NCBI GenBank assembly: GCA_051294905.1
Contig: CM119386.1
Coordinates: 11,160,001 to 11,224,000 of the forward strand
Source of the DNA: Botryllus schlosseri
Lineage: Eukaryota
Direction: 5' to 3'
Length of the DNA: 64,000 bases
How positions within the stretch are numbered: position 1 is the stretch's first letter; each line of letters begins with the position of its first letter. Shown here in pieces: positions 1 through 41,744 of this stretch. A program made the translations under genes and the position numbers. The notes beneath the pieces are model-generated. The model searched no databases. It worked only from the letters and a program-made list of their open reading frames with translations, and had not been told where the DNA came from.

Positions 1-1250
1 GAAGGAATGTCAACCTGCTATTTGAGAAACCCATGTATGGGACTGAGACAAAAAGCAAAATACTATGGTGTAAACCAAATTAATACAAATAGCATTACCA
101 TATCCAAGAATTGTAAAACACAAATATGAGCTTGTGAGCCTTGGTCATTTTTGATCATCGAGTTTGTACTTGAAAATCTTGAAGGTTGTAGCAAAGTTCG
201 TTGTGCTACCAACATAATAGGTATCAGATAATCAGATACGTATAATAAGAGTCCATGTAGTGAGCAACCGACAATAGTCCTGTTTTGTTGAAGTACCGGT
301 AATATGAGATAGTTGTCTTACAACTAAGCCTGATTGCCAAGTCTTTCAGTTGGAAGTACACAAATGACGCCATGCTTTCAATATCCGACAGTGCTGAGTG
401 TTCAGGATTTAAAATTGGAATGATGGTTGCTTTACACTATCAACTATAGAGTATGCTTCTTTCAATAACGGGTGAATCTCTGTAGATTCAGCTATCCCCT
501 TTTCCGAATTGTTGAATTGTCAGAACAAGATGCCGTGACTTTTGACTTGTACGGTCAATTCTTTTGCAACAGCTTTTGACACTGACGTCTCTTCTGCAAC
601 CTCTTTCATTGAGAACAGAATAGATGAGGCTGCCTTGACTGAACATTCATGTTCATCAGCTTCATTGTAATTCAAGCGCATGATTTTTATATGTTGTAGG
701 ACCTCACAGCAGCAAATGTACAATGTACATTGTACATAGCATAATTTTCCACAACACACAACACTCATGGGGGTACTGATTTACTGCAGCCGAAGCAGGA
801 TAAATCATGCTGGTGAAATGATATTCTGCAGACTACTTTTCCAGGAGAGGACCAGGCATCAATACCTCTTCTTCGTAAACGGAACCCATCCTCCCGATAA
901 CTTTTTGTTTCTAATTCATGCATCTTCTGCGATCAAATGACCGTCATCCTTACACAATGAGGCATATAACACTTGCCATATCAACGACTCTCGGAAAATT
1001 TACAGCAATGTACCGGTAAGCTGCAACCTGCCAGGTGCCAATGTCCAGCACGAGGACAAGACGCCAGGAAATAGCCTCATTTTCGTCGGCTAACAGTTAT
1101 TTGATATCCATATGGTGATTTATATTGATATGGATACTTTCACCATCCTCGTTGTACGCCAAGAGACGAAATTCGGTCCATGTTTAGTCCATTCCCATAG
1201 TAAAGCATATAGCAACAAAACAGATTTGGGTCGAGTTACCTTTGTCGCCA
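1..1250 (-). pseudogene. Possible decayed coding sequence of unknown family
   Basis: Protein-like stretches interrupted by isolated stops and frameshifts (e.g. EFRLLAYNEDGESIHININ, GSVYEEEVLMPGPLLEK, ORF 520-768). No family recognised. Confidence 0.25.
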
Positions 1251-1385
1251 CCGCGTGTTCAAAATGAAGTGGAACAGCCCCATTCTACTCGATAAAGCTG
1301 TCTCGTATTTTTCAATGTCGAACTTCTGAGAAATATTGTCTCACATTCATTCAGTGTGCATGCCTCCTCTTTACATCGCCGGGGC

Positions 1386-1984
1386 CAGTGTTCCCAACCC
1401 TTTTTGGCTCATCGCCCCCTTTTGAAGCTCAATACCGATAATCGCCTCCTAAATATTGGGAACCGAAAAATGGGTATACAAACTGGGATCACCGGCGAGT
1501 TGACTAATAACAAAAAGGTCAACTTTTCGGCTCGACCTCGAAATTAAACTTTTACAGCAAAATTTTCGTGAAAGTCATTTCTCCAACTTGACTCCAATCA
1601 GGACTCCAATAAGGTCTCCTCGCTGGTGATCGTTCTGGCACACTTCTCGGAGTCGTATGTTACATTGCCTATAACTTCATATGTCTTGGTGCGTTGTGGC
1701 GCAGTAGTGGCCGACGCCAAATTCTCCATTCCCATAAATCATGCAGATTTTAGTAGGGGAAGGGTACCCCCAAATCAAGATTTATGACAATATAGTAAAT
1801 CGCGCCTGAAAAAGTTGCATGAATTTCTAAACGGTCCAGACTCCATATAGCCGTGTTTTAACGCGTCATCGCCACCCTATCGCCCCCTTCATTGTTTTCG
1901 CCCCCTGCGTCCGTTTTCGCCCCCTCGCCCCTTCGTTATTTTCGCCCCCCAAGACCGCCAAATCGCCCACGTTGGGAACCACTG
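1386..1984 (-). mobile_element. hAT-type MITE, same family as 5107-5448, with a different and longer core
   Basis: TIR CAGTG(G)TTCCCAAC and GGGGGCG subterminal repeats. Both ends align with 5107-5448 in reverse orientation. Flanks do not match as a TSD. Confidence 0.8.
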
Positions 1985-2276
1985 GCATAGGCCCAGGTGG
2001 CGTGTCTGACTGCTCCTAGTCGTTTCGGCATCTCCCTATCAATCGTGCTATTGCAGTCTTGTGATGTTTTCAAGTGATGAAATTTTATAAATAAACTTGA
2101 ACTAGAACTAATCACGATCACTATGTACTAGTACCTACGTTCTTTTGGTGGGTCGGTATTGATGGCTGTTCCGATCGGGTTCAAGTTTGGATAAGGGATT
2201 ACTGGAACCAAATTGAATGACGGCGGGTGAGAGATATAAACGAAGTAGCCTCAAAATATTGTAAAAACGGCTTGAT

Positions 2277-2322
2277 CACCACCCCCACCCCCACCCCCAC
2301 CCCACAGTATACACACACACAC
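2277..2322. repeat. (ACCCCC)n followed by (AC)n microsatellite
   Basis: cacccccacccccacccccaccc..acacacacacac. Confidence 0.8.
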
Positions 2323-2361
2323 TCACACCAATACGACCGAGACGAACCGGCTGTATCGGTT

Positions 2362-2666
2362 TAGGGTTACCGTATGTCCTATTTTTTTAATAAATTGAAA
2401 GTGCCCTCGGAGGACGCCTAAATGTTCTCTTTTTCTAGAAAAAGTATCAATATGAGATAAAAAAAGTCGACTCCGACGCAGCTCACGCGAGAGTTGGCAA
2501 GACAACCAACGAAAAATACGGCGAGACGTGGATTTGAGTAGATGGGAAGATGACCTTTTTTAGGACAACGCAGTACTATGGGTCGAACAGTTTTCTTTTC
2601 CGGCATTAGAGCTTTCAGTATTTTTTAAGTGTCCACTTGTTCCTATCTCAAAATATGGTAACCCTA
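2362..2666. mobile_element. TAGGGTTACC-terminated hAT-like MITE
   Basis: TAGGGTTACCGTAT ... ATATGGTAACCCTA with degenerate flanks (tatcggt/tatcgat). A related right end lies near 63720-63740. Confidence 0.65.
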
Positions 2667-4305
2667 ATATCGATCAACTGCACAGTCTAGTACGCTTTGT
2701 ATAAAATATCGTTTCGTGACATTTAATAGGCTTTTTACGGCTTTATATTAGGGTCCTTATTTAATCAGTTCAACACATCTCACGAATGTGACATTACGGG
2801 ACAAATATAATATGAATCATGAAGATTATCACACGAATATAGGTCTATATAGATCGGCTTGCATTGTAGCGCGCTAAGACCAGTGAAATGCAGGGCAGCA
2901 AGGACATAGCAGAATAGTATTGATCGACTCAAACGCTGTATGCATCACGTCTGGAAGGGAAACGCCGGAGAATTCCGTTTTACTCAAGTTCTGCTACTGG
3001 CTCTAATTACGCGATCCTGGACGATACCTCCAGTGCAAAAAATCATATCATTGGTAGACCGTAGCATTGCCAACACTTCTGAAGCCAAGTTGGTGTCTCT
3101 TCTTCCAATTTATGCTTCACTTCATGAGAAGTTTATGATTACGATAGTGTTCGGAGTCGTACGTGTGCCTGCACCTTGCTTCCACCCAGTACTAACTAGA
3201 ATCGATCAACAGACGGAAAACTTTCCGTAAACATCTCAAGTGTATTGGCATCATCACAATACCAGCAAGAAAACTTGCAACACCGCAAGTCTGAACTTTG
3301 AAAGGATGCGATAATTCCATCTTTAAAAGCACATTATCACAATAGAAACAAGCAAAATAATATAAAAACGAAAGTGAGAGAAGAAGTCAAGCAGAGAAAG
3401 AAATTGATTCGAGATATATTCAAGAGTGGCACCGAAGCTTAATAAGAAAATACAGCGTAAAAGAGCTTATAAAAAAGACGAAAGAAGATAGCATTGCTAA
3501 TACATGAACGCCATATTGTCCAAACCTATATAATGCATAACAGTCATGTTTCTAAAGAAGACAAGTTTGCAACCACCAATGACTTTACAAAAAGATGGGA
3601 TATCACGTAACAAAAACGAATAACATCAGCGATACTTGATAGCACGCACCGCCAAAATCCTGGCCATGATTAGCTAAGCTGGTCGTGGCACATTCCAAAA
3701 ATATAGTAACACTCACAATCGGCTATAGTACAATACACTGCCGTATGAAACTGCTGCATAAATGGCAATGCATGAAATTCGTACATAGGAAGAGCTGACA
3801 TCATCAGGCGTGGGGCAATTATCTCATCCATGAGATCGATTGAGATTACAGATACTTTACTACAACTACAGAAAAATCTTGCGGTTATCCATTACGACCA
3901 AATGGAAAAGTAATATAATGATTGCGAGGAGACTGCACCATGGAGGGACAAGTTTCTATGAAATTGTGACATTATGTGAGTTACTTTATCGTTCACGATC
4001 TGCGACTAAAGAATGGTGAAAACGGTTGATAGCTGCTTCAGGAAGGACAATACGAGAATAGGATGAGATTCAGCCATTACAAAGAATGCATATCGCGATG
4101 CAACACATTAGCTATACCTACAATCCGAACAATACGGATATTTCGAAAAATACAATTACCCCATGTCTGACCAACATCTCATGCACGGAATACATCGGCT
4201 AGGGCCGAAACAGACTGTGAAGCATATACAGAACTATCACGCTAATATGTAGCTGTGCATGTGCAAATAGGTTTCTGATTGCGTCACGATATCATATTGC
4301 CTAAC

Positions 4306-33037
<28,732 letters not shown>

Positions 33038-34674
33038 TTAAAATGTCTGATTAAACTTTCAGACAATTTTGTTGTTCATGGTAGAGAAATACCAACTCAA
33101 GTCGCTAAGCTTCCAATAAAAAAGAGAAAATAGTCACTGGAAAGTACGAAATGATGTAGAGAAGAAATAAAACAATGACAGGGTGAAGCAGGCATTTCAA
33201 AAACAACATTAGTTAAACAAAATGGACGACTTTTAGTATTTCTCTTCATCTCTTAATTCCAGGATATTAGCTCTTTACAGATACTGTAAAGAATGACAGT
33301 AATAGCAACTCAAAACAACACAGAAGTTCATCTTGCCTTCAGGCTACATGTCATTGATACTGGTATCATCAACACATCCATCACACTGATTACAATATCA
33401 GTGCTTAAAAGGCCTTTTGGCTACACGGAACACTTGCATCACTAGGCCACCTTAAACTTTAGGCTGCATTACTAGACCTATAATTCTGTATCTCGGAAGT
33501 TGTAAGGAATAGGCCTGTAGTGACATACTGAAAATGCATGTGAAAATCCAATCACTAATATTATCATGACCCAAGTCAATGATTCAATACGGTATTGCAA
33601 CATGACAGTGAAATCGATGTACAAAAATAGACACTAAATCACAGTAGGCCAATAATATGAGAATAATGATTTATCGGACATTTCATTCAGAAAAATCTGA
33701 CACAAAACGAATATATACGTCAGAAAATGGTGATCTGAGAGATTGAAAGCGTGGGTGACAACCTTAGTTCACTACCAATAGCTGCATCAACCCAATTGGG
33801 GTTGAAGTACATTTCAGAGACAATTACCAGTGCAACAACAGCGAGTTCTCTCTAGGAAGTCTAGATCCAGTAAAATTTTTACATCAGGAATCAGTTGGCC
33901 AAAGTATTACCTTTGCCCTGAAACACACGTCTCTATCTCTAGGAATCCTGCAGAATATACGATATGGAAGCAAAAATTCTCAGTTAGCATTCCGCGATCT
34001 CGAAACACCCCGTGAGTGCTCGCGTTTCAAGTGTTCTCAAAAACACCGTAATCTCCCAAGCTGCCATACCATGTAAGTATTCCATATCATGTCGGTCAAC
34101 GAATGCGTCATACCCACCATCAAATTGAATATCCCGCTGATGTCGGCACAACTTCAGTATATCGGAGAGATGACTGACCGTATTTAACAAAATGGCGTTA
34201 TTCGAACTCTACTACACTTCACTACGAAAATGACCTAACTGTGCCAGAAGCTCGACAGCCAACTATTAGAACACTTTTCTTGAAAACACGGTAAATACAG
34301 GCAAGGTGTTCGAGAAGTTCGGGCCCGATATCTGATTAGATTGACGATGTTTGCGATACTACGGGAAAGCATGGAACCTTTGCTCTTTGCATATCAATAC
34401 TCTTCAAAGACGCTGTTGTCTAATCTAAGCAACGCTTAAACCACCTGGGGTAATAGCATTCCTTCAATTTTGTCAAAAACGTTTTGTTTCGCTAAGCGTT
34501 CACAGTAGAATAACACGAGCGATGCCGCCAACAGCATCATGTCTTAGTGGCGGTGGCGAAGGCATTCATCGGCCACGCATCGCCCACTTGAACAAAATGG
34601 ATTCTCCCGGTCTATATCGAACTTTCCCGTCAAAACATGTCATGATAGGGCTTTCTAAGCGGAGATACACTTAC

Positions 34675-34847
34675 ATGACCCGCGAGCGCCGGATAGTCAG
34701 CTGGGGCTGGGTTAAAGCTGGTGCCCTGATGGACGTCGGTATTTTGCAGCCCACTTTTTGATGAACTCCCACATCTAGATAATATGCTGAAGCACGACTT
34801 CAATGAATGGCATGGGTAGAAAATATTACTCACGGCCTCGACACCAT
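34675..34847 (-). other. Two small spliced exons (34847-34834, 34774-34675), probably 5' exons or a uORF of the BAHCC1/TNRC18-like gene
   Basis: ATG at 34847, donor GTGAGT, a 59-nt intron ending TAG, then a 100-nt exon ending in GTAAGT. Reads MVSRPCGSSSKSG..ALAGH. Joined in phase 0 to the acceptor at 33046 it hits TAA just before ATG 33037. Confidence 0.4.
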
Positions 34848-35499
34848 GTAAAATTGAAGAGCTTCTTGGAGGTACAGAACTTCAATATACATTGAATAAT
34901 ATATGCATATTGAAATGAACCCGAATATTTTAGACTGACACTCGTCTGGGATAATCGTCAGCAACTAGTAGAGAATTGGAAAGAACATCGTACATCAACA
35001 ATCACAAAATATGACGGCACCAGCATGAAATGAAACCGGCAGAACGTTTTGCTGCGCGTGTAAAATCCTGAAACTTGCAAACCATCTGTCGCTTCGAACT
35101 GCGTTGATCTGGAATTAGGATTCAATGTGGCCTGCCTTCGGGAGCAAGTTAGGGCAAGGAACAAATCACCCCAAAATCATCTGGGAAGAAATCGTTCTAA
35201 CCCCGAGCTGCCAGCGAACTGGATAGTGCCGTTTGATCAATATTGTAACGCACAACAGTCTGACGAGTTGTGATCGCCAGAAATTGACGGTAGTGGTGGC
35301 TGTATTCACCGGCCACACTCAGATCTTGGAAAACACCAACGAACCTTTTTCGCCCTTTTCGGAGGCCGAAACAGTGACCCCTAAGATAAAAAGCGCTATT
35401 GAACTGGACCACAAAATTGGTAGTGTTCTTCGTCGGTATGCTCAAGAACTCTTAGTCCTAGTAGACTCGTTAATTTGCATCAGACGTACGAAATACCAG

Positions 35500-35505
35500 T
35501 TTATT
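35500..35505 (-). terminator. AATAAA polyadenylation signal candidate for DDX39
   Basis: TTTATT on the + strand, about 305 nt downstream of the DDX39 stop codon. Confidence 0.5.
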
Positions 35506-35810
35506 ACACATGAAAAGGCCGAAGTAACAAGCTAACAGACGCACCACTGATTGCGAAAATGCGCAGAGCACTTGCATTATTTATAGCTTCAAACAGAAAA
35601 TTTGCAGTCTTCAGTCCCAAACCCCTTCCTTGATGATCTGCTAACGGATCCCTAGTGGATTAGGTTGAGTATCAGCAAAACATACGAAATATCAGTTTAT
35701 TACACATAAAAAGGCCCTATGCAACAAGTTCGTCGACACACGAATGATTGGTAAAATGCACGATATAGCTTCATCAGCAGGCCACCAGCTGGAGAAGATT
35801 CCAGGCATAT

Positions 35811-38330
35811 TCAGCGACCTTCAACTGAAAAGATATTGTGCACATTTTAGAATGTGGTCTACAGGCAAATCTGTACAACAGACAAATGAAATGGGTGAGC
35901 ACTTACTGTACGCAGAGATCTCAATCTCTTCAGGTAGTTCCGTGACATTGACCTCAAATCTGTCTTGCACGTCATTCAAGATTTTAGCATCCGTTTCATC
36001 AGAAACAAATGTGATGGCTAACCCTTTTGTACCAAACCTGCCGGCTCTCGCGACCTGAAATTTCAGTTTCTCAAGGTGACGGGCCCACGGACAAAAAAAA
36101 CACTTGCTACATACTCTGTGTAGGTAGGTATCGGAGTCTTCCGGCATGTCATAGTTGAAAACAATGTTGACACGTTCTATATCCATTCCTCGTCCAAAAA
36201 GATTGGTAGCAACCAAAATCCTCTTCTGGAAGTTCTGAAATTCAGAAACATCACACATTACACAATTCATCCATAGATACTACGGCAAAATAGAATTGAA
36301 ATTTTACTGGATTAGGATTTCAGAGTTTTTATGTCAAGTCGCGAGTAATAGCAATAAATTTCCCTATCAACCAACAATATAGCTATAAACCATGGCCTGC
36401 TAAATTATCTCTGACAACATGGCAAACTCCATATCGATTCGGATTAACCTTGGCTCTGTACTCTTTCATAACAGCATACATTACAGAAATACACAGCTCA
36501 CACAGATAGTTGAAAATACCAACCTTGAACAGCTGATAACGCTGTAGACGTTCTTCCTGGTTCATGGCCCTGTGTATGTCGATCGCAGGGAAGTTCTGCT
36601 CCTTCAAGAGTTGAGCCAAAGCAATGCATCTTTGCACAGATTTGACGAATATGACAACCTGATGAATGGTTTGCATTAGTCCACCCTTATAGAACGAAAG
36701 CAAGTTCACGCTCCAATCAAACCTGATTGAATTCCAGAGCGTCAAGCAAGTCAAACAGCTTGCGGTTCTTTTCGTTATCACGGAGCTTGACATAATGCTG
36801 CCGAAGACCGTGCAGAGTAAGCTTTGCCTCGTCGTCCACGTACACTTCCATTGGCTGCAAGGAAAATACAGGGTTAGCGTACGAATATCATTCAATGAAT
36901 CTCATTTCAAATTGATCTTGCGCCATCCTCCACCGATGCACTAAGACAGTCCCGATATCATCCAAAGTCATTCTCCCTCCTTCACCAAGAGTCTTGGCTT
37001 GAAGAAGTCTTTCGATATCCATCAATTACCGACGACTCCGGAAAACAACTACGATATATAACCCATGGACGTTTCTTGCAGGTGACCCACAACCCATAAT
37101 GACCACATACATCTAAGGGGAAAATCACGCCGATGACCCGACCCGTAAGTCTAAAACCCGAGATGTGATCCATGCTATTATGGAGCAGAATCTTCAGGCA
37201 ATCAACTACCGAACGTATCGAAGGAGCACTAGCTACACAATGACAGGACGAGATGACACGTAAGATCATTTCGGTTGTTTACATCTTGCATGAACTTCTT
37301 GCAGACTGGACGAATTTCCTTGCTGAGAGTAGCACTGAACATCATGACTTGCTTTTCGTGCGGCGTCAATCTGAATATATCTTGAACATCACGCCTCATA
37401 TCTGAAAACGAACCACACGCATGAAACATTTTCATCAAAGTCACGTTGAAGTGATCATACCGAGCTGTTCTAGCATTTTGTCGCATTCATCCAAAATGAA
37501 ATGCTTGATGTTTTTCAATGAGAGAGATTTGTTACGGATCAATGCAAGCAAGCGTCCAGGAGTACCGACAACAATGTGAGGACAATTATTGCTCAGTGTT
37601 GCCTGATCTTTCGTGATTGGAAGGCCGCCAAAAAATACACCAACCTAACAGAACATAGTAAATAGTTATTCTCCAAATAATCACTCTTACGTGTTCGACA
37701 TCACTTACTTTGATGGTCGGCATGTATTTGGAAAATCGTTCATATTCTTTGCTGATTTGAAATGCCAATTCTCTGGTGTGGCACATGACAAGCACAGATA
37801 CCTGGAGAGTAATAGAAATTAGATTTCAGAAACTTGTAAATACAACAAAATCATTACCAAGCCATCAACGGGTTCAAGCTGTTGCAGTGTAGCTAGTACA
37901 AAGACCGCAGTCTTTCCCATACCAGACTTTGCTTGGCACACGACATCCATTCCAAGTACTGCTTGTGGAATGCACTCATTTTGGACTGAAAAGAAATAGA
38001 TGTTACAAAATGTGACACAGTAACAGCTTACAATCAAAGAGGATGATAATTAATTTCTAGGAACAAAGTAGGTCAAAGCAATGGGAATTAATTCGAAAGG
38101 GCGGAGAAAAATTGTTGGCACCAACACTAACCTTCTGAAGGATGTTCAAAACCACAGTCCACAATTGCTCTCAGCAACTCCGGCTTCAGAAGAAAATCTC
38201 TGAATCCAGAACTGTGAATGGACACGTAAGTTCCTTTAACGTCCTTTTTTTGCTCCTTCTTGTCCCCGGTTTCGGTAGTGGTTTCGTTCTCCTCCTCTTC
38301 ATAATCCAAAAGTTCGTCATTATCCGCCAT
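35811..38330 (-). CDS. DDX39B: DEAD-box (DECD) RNA helicase UAP56/DDX39, 423 aa, 10 coding exons
   Basis: Exons 38330-38132, 37985-37858, 37801-37709, 37644-37461, 37401-37283, 36854-36723, 36658-36524, 36234-36115, 36054-35907, 35824-35811 (1272 nt, all GT-AG, phases consistent). Motifs [54 protein letters not shown]; C-terminus YIEGR*. Confidence 0.98.
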
Positions 38331-39118
38331 GTTTCTGGTTAAGTTTCCTTTTATACGGGACCAATTATATCGTCTGAGAACACCACCAACAATTTACCGT
38401 ACCGACAACGACAGCTAAGTCTGTTCCTATAAATACTATCTCGCTCTCCTGTGTGACCAAAGCTGTTAATATGATTCAGGCCAGTCGCAATACCCTTGAT
38501 ATAGTAAAGAAGCAAGGACGTAAAACCGCTTTCCACGACCAAAGCCGTAGATTAGAAAGAAAGCGTCGCTGCCACGCGTTGGTGATCACGTGATGCTAAA
38601 TCCGGGTTGGTCGTTTTTTCGGCGGAATGATTCATAAATTCATCACAATGTTCTCAACTTGAGGTTTCATAGCCCGCATTTGATCGATTTGGATACAAAT
38701 ATGTATATACCATATTACTATTATATTACAGACATAGTAAAATATGGTGCTGTATGTCCGGTATCACGTACCTTGCATCACAACTGGACATTAACTTGCC
38801 CCAGTTTTTGTTTTTTCAATCGAGAAGTACTTTTTCGATTTACTACTCATTTTTTTATTTTATTTACTCCATTCACATCTGTTTTATATAGTGAGAGATA
38901 TGAATTAAAAATTCAGGTCCATGTAGCGATTCAAAGAGTGCCGCAAGATGTTGATGTCGAGTTGTCCGAAGTTTTTAGTCCTGCTGTTTTTGTCCGACTG
39001 TTTTGCTGTAGCGAAACTCGTGATGTGTTGATCAAAGTCACTCAACTATGACAAGTCGTCCGAACAGATTTTCATGGAGCGAGAAATGTTGCACAACTTG
39101 ATGTTTGGTAGTAGGGCG

Positions 39119-39416
39119 CCAGAGTGGAATCGGTGGCAACAGCACGCGCAACGTCACGCGAGCATTTACATCTGATCACGCCAATTAATGAATTCTGCTG
39201 ACGTCACAAAGCGATACCAGTGTCCAGATCCAGAATAAGACGCTTGCGCTTTACAATGAACGCAAGCAAGCGTGGCATTCGCGCAACAGCGAATATGCGG
39301 CGTTAAACTAGTCCGACGTATACCAAGGTCTATTTTAGCACATTGCGTCGTTTAAGAAGTAATTCAGTATCGAATCAAAAAAAAGCGAAAAGTGTTTCCG
39401 TCACGCGGATGAAATT
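39119..39416 (+). repeat. Truncated, about 99% identical copy of the 58268-58638 element, nested in the P-like transposon
   Basis: Reverse complement of 58340-58637 with 3 mismatches over 298 bp. Flanked by the direct repeat TAGGGCGCC (39112-20 and 39418-26). Confidence 0.92.
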
Positions 39417-39477
39417 CTAGGGCGCCTTACGGCGAACGCCAGTGTAGGTTGGATTATTTGGTGTTCGCGGCGCAAAT

Positions 39478-39640
39478 ATGACTGGATGTGCTGTGAAAGG
39501 TCAGGAAAATGAAGCATCAAGGAAGGATAGCTCAAGAAAGAAGAAAAATAGTGTCTGATAGAGAATGTTCTGTTCTATTTCGCTTCTCAAGAAATGGGAT
39601 CCTCAACGTCGTCACTGCAGAAGAAGTATAAGATGGAAGG
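39478..39640 (+). pseudogene. Decayed N-terminal THAP-like zinc-finger remnant
   Basis: MTGCAVKG...(FRF)...DPQRR...W pattern, broken by TGA-TAG and a frameshift. The second half (CxxHF) was not found. It would lie about 140 bp from the left TIR once the nested 306-bp insert is removed. Confidence 0.45.
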
Positions 39641-41744
39641 TACAGTACCGTAATATAAGTAGTAAGTCTACTGTAGTACATGTAGCGTCTGGAAAATATC
39701 ATATATAGAGAACTTTGGCTTTCACATACACAATCAAATGTGAGCCGGTAATTTCTAGTAAATAATATGGGCCATGGGGTGAAGTAAACTTAACACAGTC
39801 CAATATTATGAACATACCACTTCATTAATACAAATGCTGCAATATAAATTCGAAGTGTCTCGAATGACCATCAGCTTTGATTATTGCCTTGTGATACGAT
39901 ACTTTCATCCTTCATGTCTTGATATTGTCCTAATCGTGGGCTGTATTTTATGCAGCATATGATTTTACTGCAAGAATCCCACCGATGGAGAGAAGACTTC
40001 AGAATATCACTCTTGAAATTATTATTCGCTTCTCAAAAACAGTTCAAGGTGGTTTCGGATGAGGCTTCGTGCGGATGTTGAAAGCGGCTGGCTGGTATGA
40101 TTCAATTGTACTGCTGCAAAGTAAGGTAACATTACTTAACCTTGTATAATTCCGTTTGCAGATTAGAAATTGACATGAAATACCACATTCGTTCTATCTG
40201 CTGAAAAGTCTAAGATCAGCCATGAGTTACCCGTCAAGCATATTCAACCATCCATCACGATACCATATGATGTTGTGAGGACAGTGGCACAGGTAAGGCA
40301 TTGTTTGATGCTGCACAACCTTTTACTCATTGAAAACGTTATTAGTCTTTTGTCCTCGGTCACGGATCAGTGTCGGGGGTTCTCACAAAGCCTGAATTTC
40401 TGGAAGTGAAGTAGCAATATGATTTTCATCGTAATTTTGTGCTTTGTCATTATCAGTGACCTTGAGAGCATTTTTCAAATGATTACATTACATCTGTTCA
40501 ATGAATGAAATTTACAATCATACATGGAAACCAGCCTTGAGTTACCTGTCAAGCAAACCAGTTGAAGCCGGCATTAGACTATCGAGCATACTTTGTATTG
40601 TAGCCATAAGCAGTTGCTGTTGCCTGCAAAACGCATCCTTGATTTTCTCTTGTTTGGGCAGTCCACAAAGGGTGCAATCGCAAATTAATTTAACATGGTA
40701 CAAGATTAAATTTAGTTTATTCATTCATTTAGTATGTTATATTTTTATTCAGGTCTGCATGCGGGGAATTATCATGCAACATCAACGGAATTCATCGCTT
40801 CTTTTGAAACTGCTGACTGTAGCTCAATTCCATATTCCATGCTAACCCCAATTTGATGACTCGGAATATGAATGCATGGAATGGTCTCCGAAGTGGCTGA
40901 TACTACCTGGCACTGGCGGAATGGACAATTCACCAATCGTTCATTTTGTCATGGTGCACTGGTCAATATTCGTGCAGCCACCTCACGATGACCCACATAC
41001 GACATTGATGAATATTCGGTCATACACATCAGATATAAATCGGAGCAATGAAAGCACTGTACATTAGAACCAAAAGCGCATAAGTACAACGCATACACGC
41101 CTATCATCGCTCCATCAAGTATGCCGGACCACACCTGTGGAACAGTATCTCGGCAGTCGTCAAGCCAGTCTAGGTCTACATTCAATCGGTTTCTACTGGA
41201 GGAATACTGTTCAGCCTGCAGGACTTTGATATGATATGTCGACCTCGTCAACTGACACTAATCATTTTTATTGCTAGTTCTTTTCATGTTTTTCTTTTCC
41301 TGTAGTGTGTGTGTATACCTCTTCTTTGCATGCTCTTGGTCAAGGTGGGGGTCTGATTGAAAAGACTGCTCCAAATCATTTAGACACAGTTCGATCTTGT
41401 TCCTTATATTGCAATCTTGTGGTGTAATGATATGATGAAAATTTCAATTATGACTGTAACCAGTGACCACCTATATTTCGTGTCGTCCAAATACATGGAT
41501 CGATCACAAAAGTCACCTGTAAATTTGTTGTCAGATTGTGAATTGCTATAGAGGAAATGAAGTGTCATCAGAGAGAGAAAACAGTATGCATGGAAATGTG
41601 CCGAAGGTCTTGTATAAGGCGACAAACAATAAAAAAAACTATTTTTACATCTGTGGACTTTGAAGATAAGGTTTCTGCATGTGTCTAGACGTGGAGGCTA
41701 GTCGGAAATCCCGGAGCGCCGAGTGGTAGGCTAGTTATTGTCCG

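Noticed and set aside
1386-2322. G-quadruplex motifs as a dedicated regulatory system
   Set aside because: They come from MITE subterminal GGGGGCG repeats and a microsatellite, with no independent evidence of function.
35811-38330. Homologues of the vertebrate DDX39B-hosted C/D snoRNAs
   Set aside because: I found no canonical RUGAUGA...CUGA pair with a terminal stem in any intron by eye.
40949-41251. BIR (IAP) domain suggested by NVQCFHC
   Set aside because: The downstream W..D.P..EH and final Cys of BIR are absent in all three frames.
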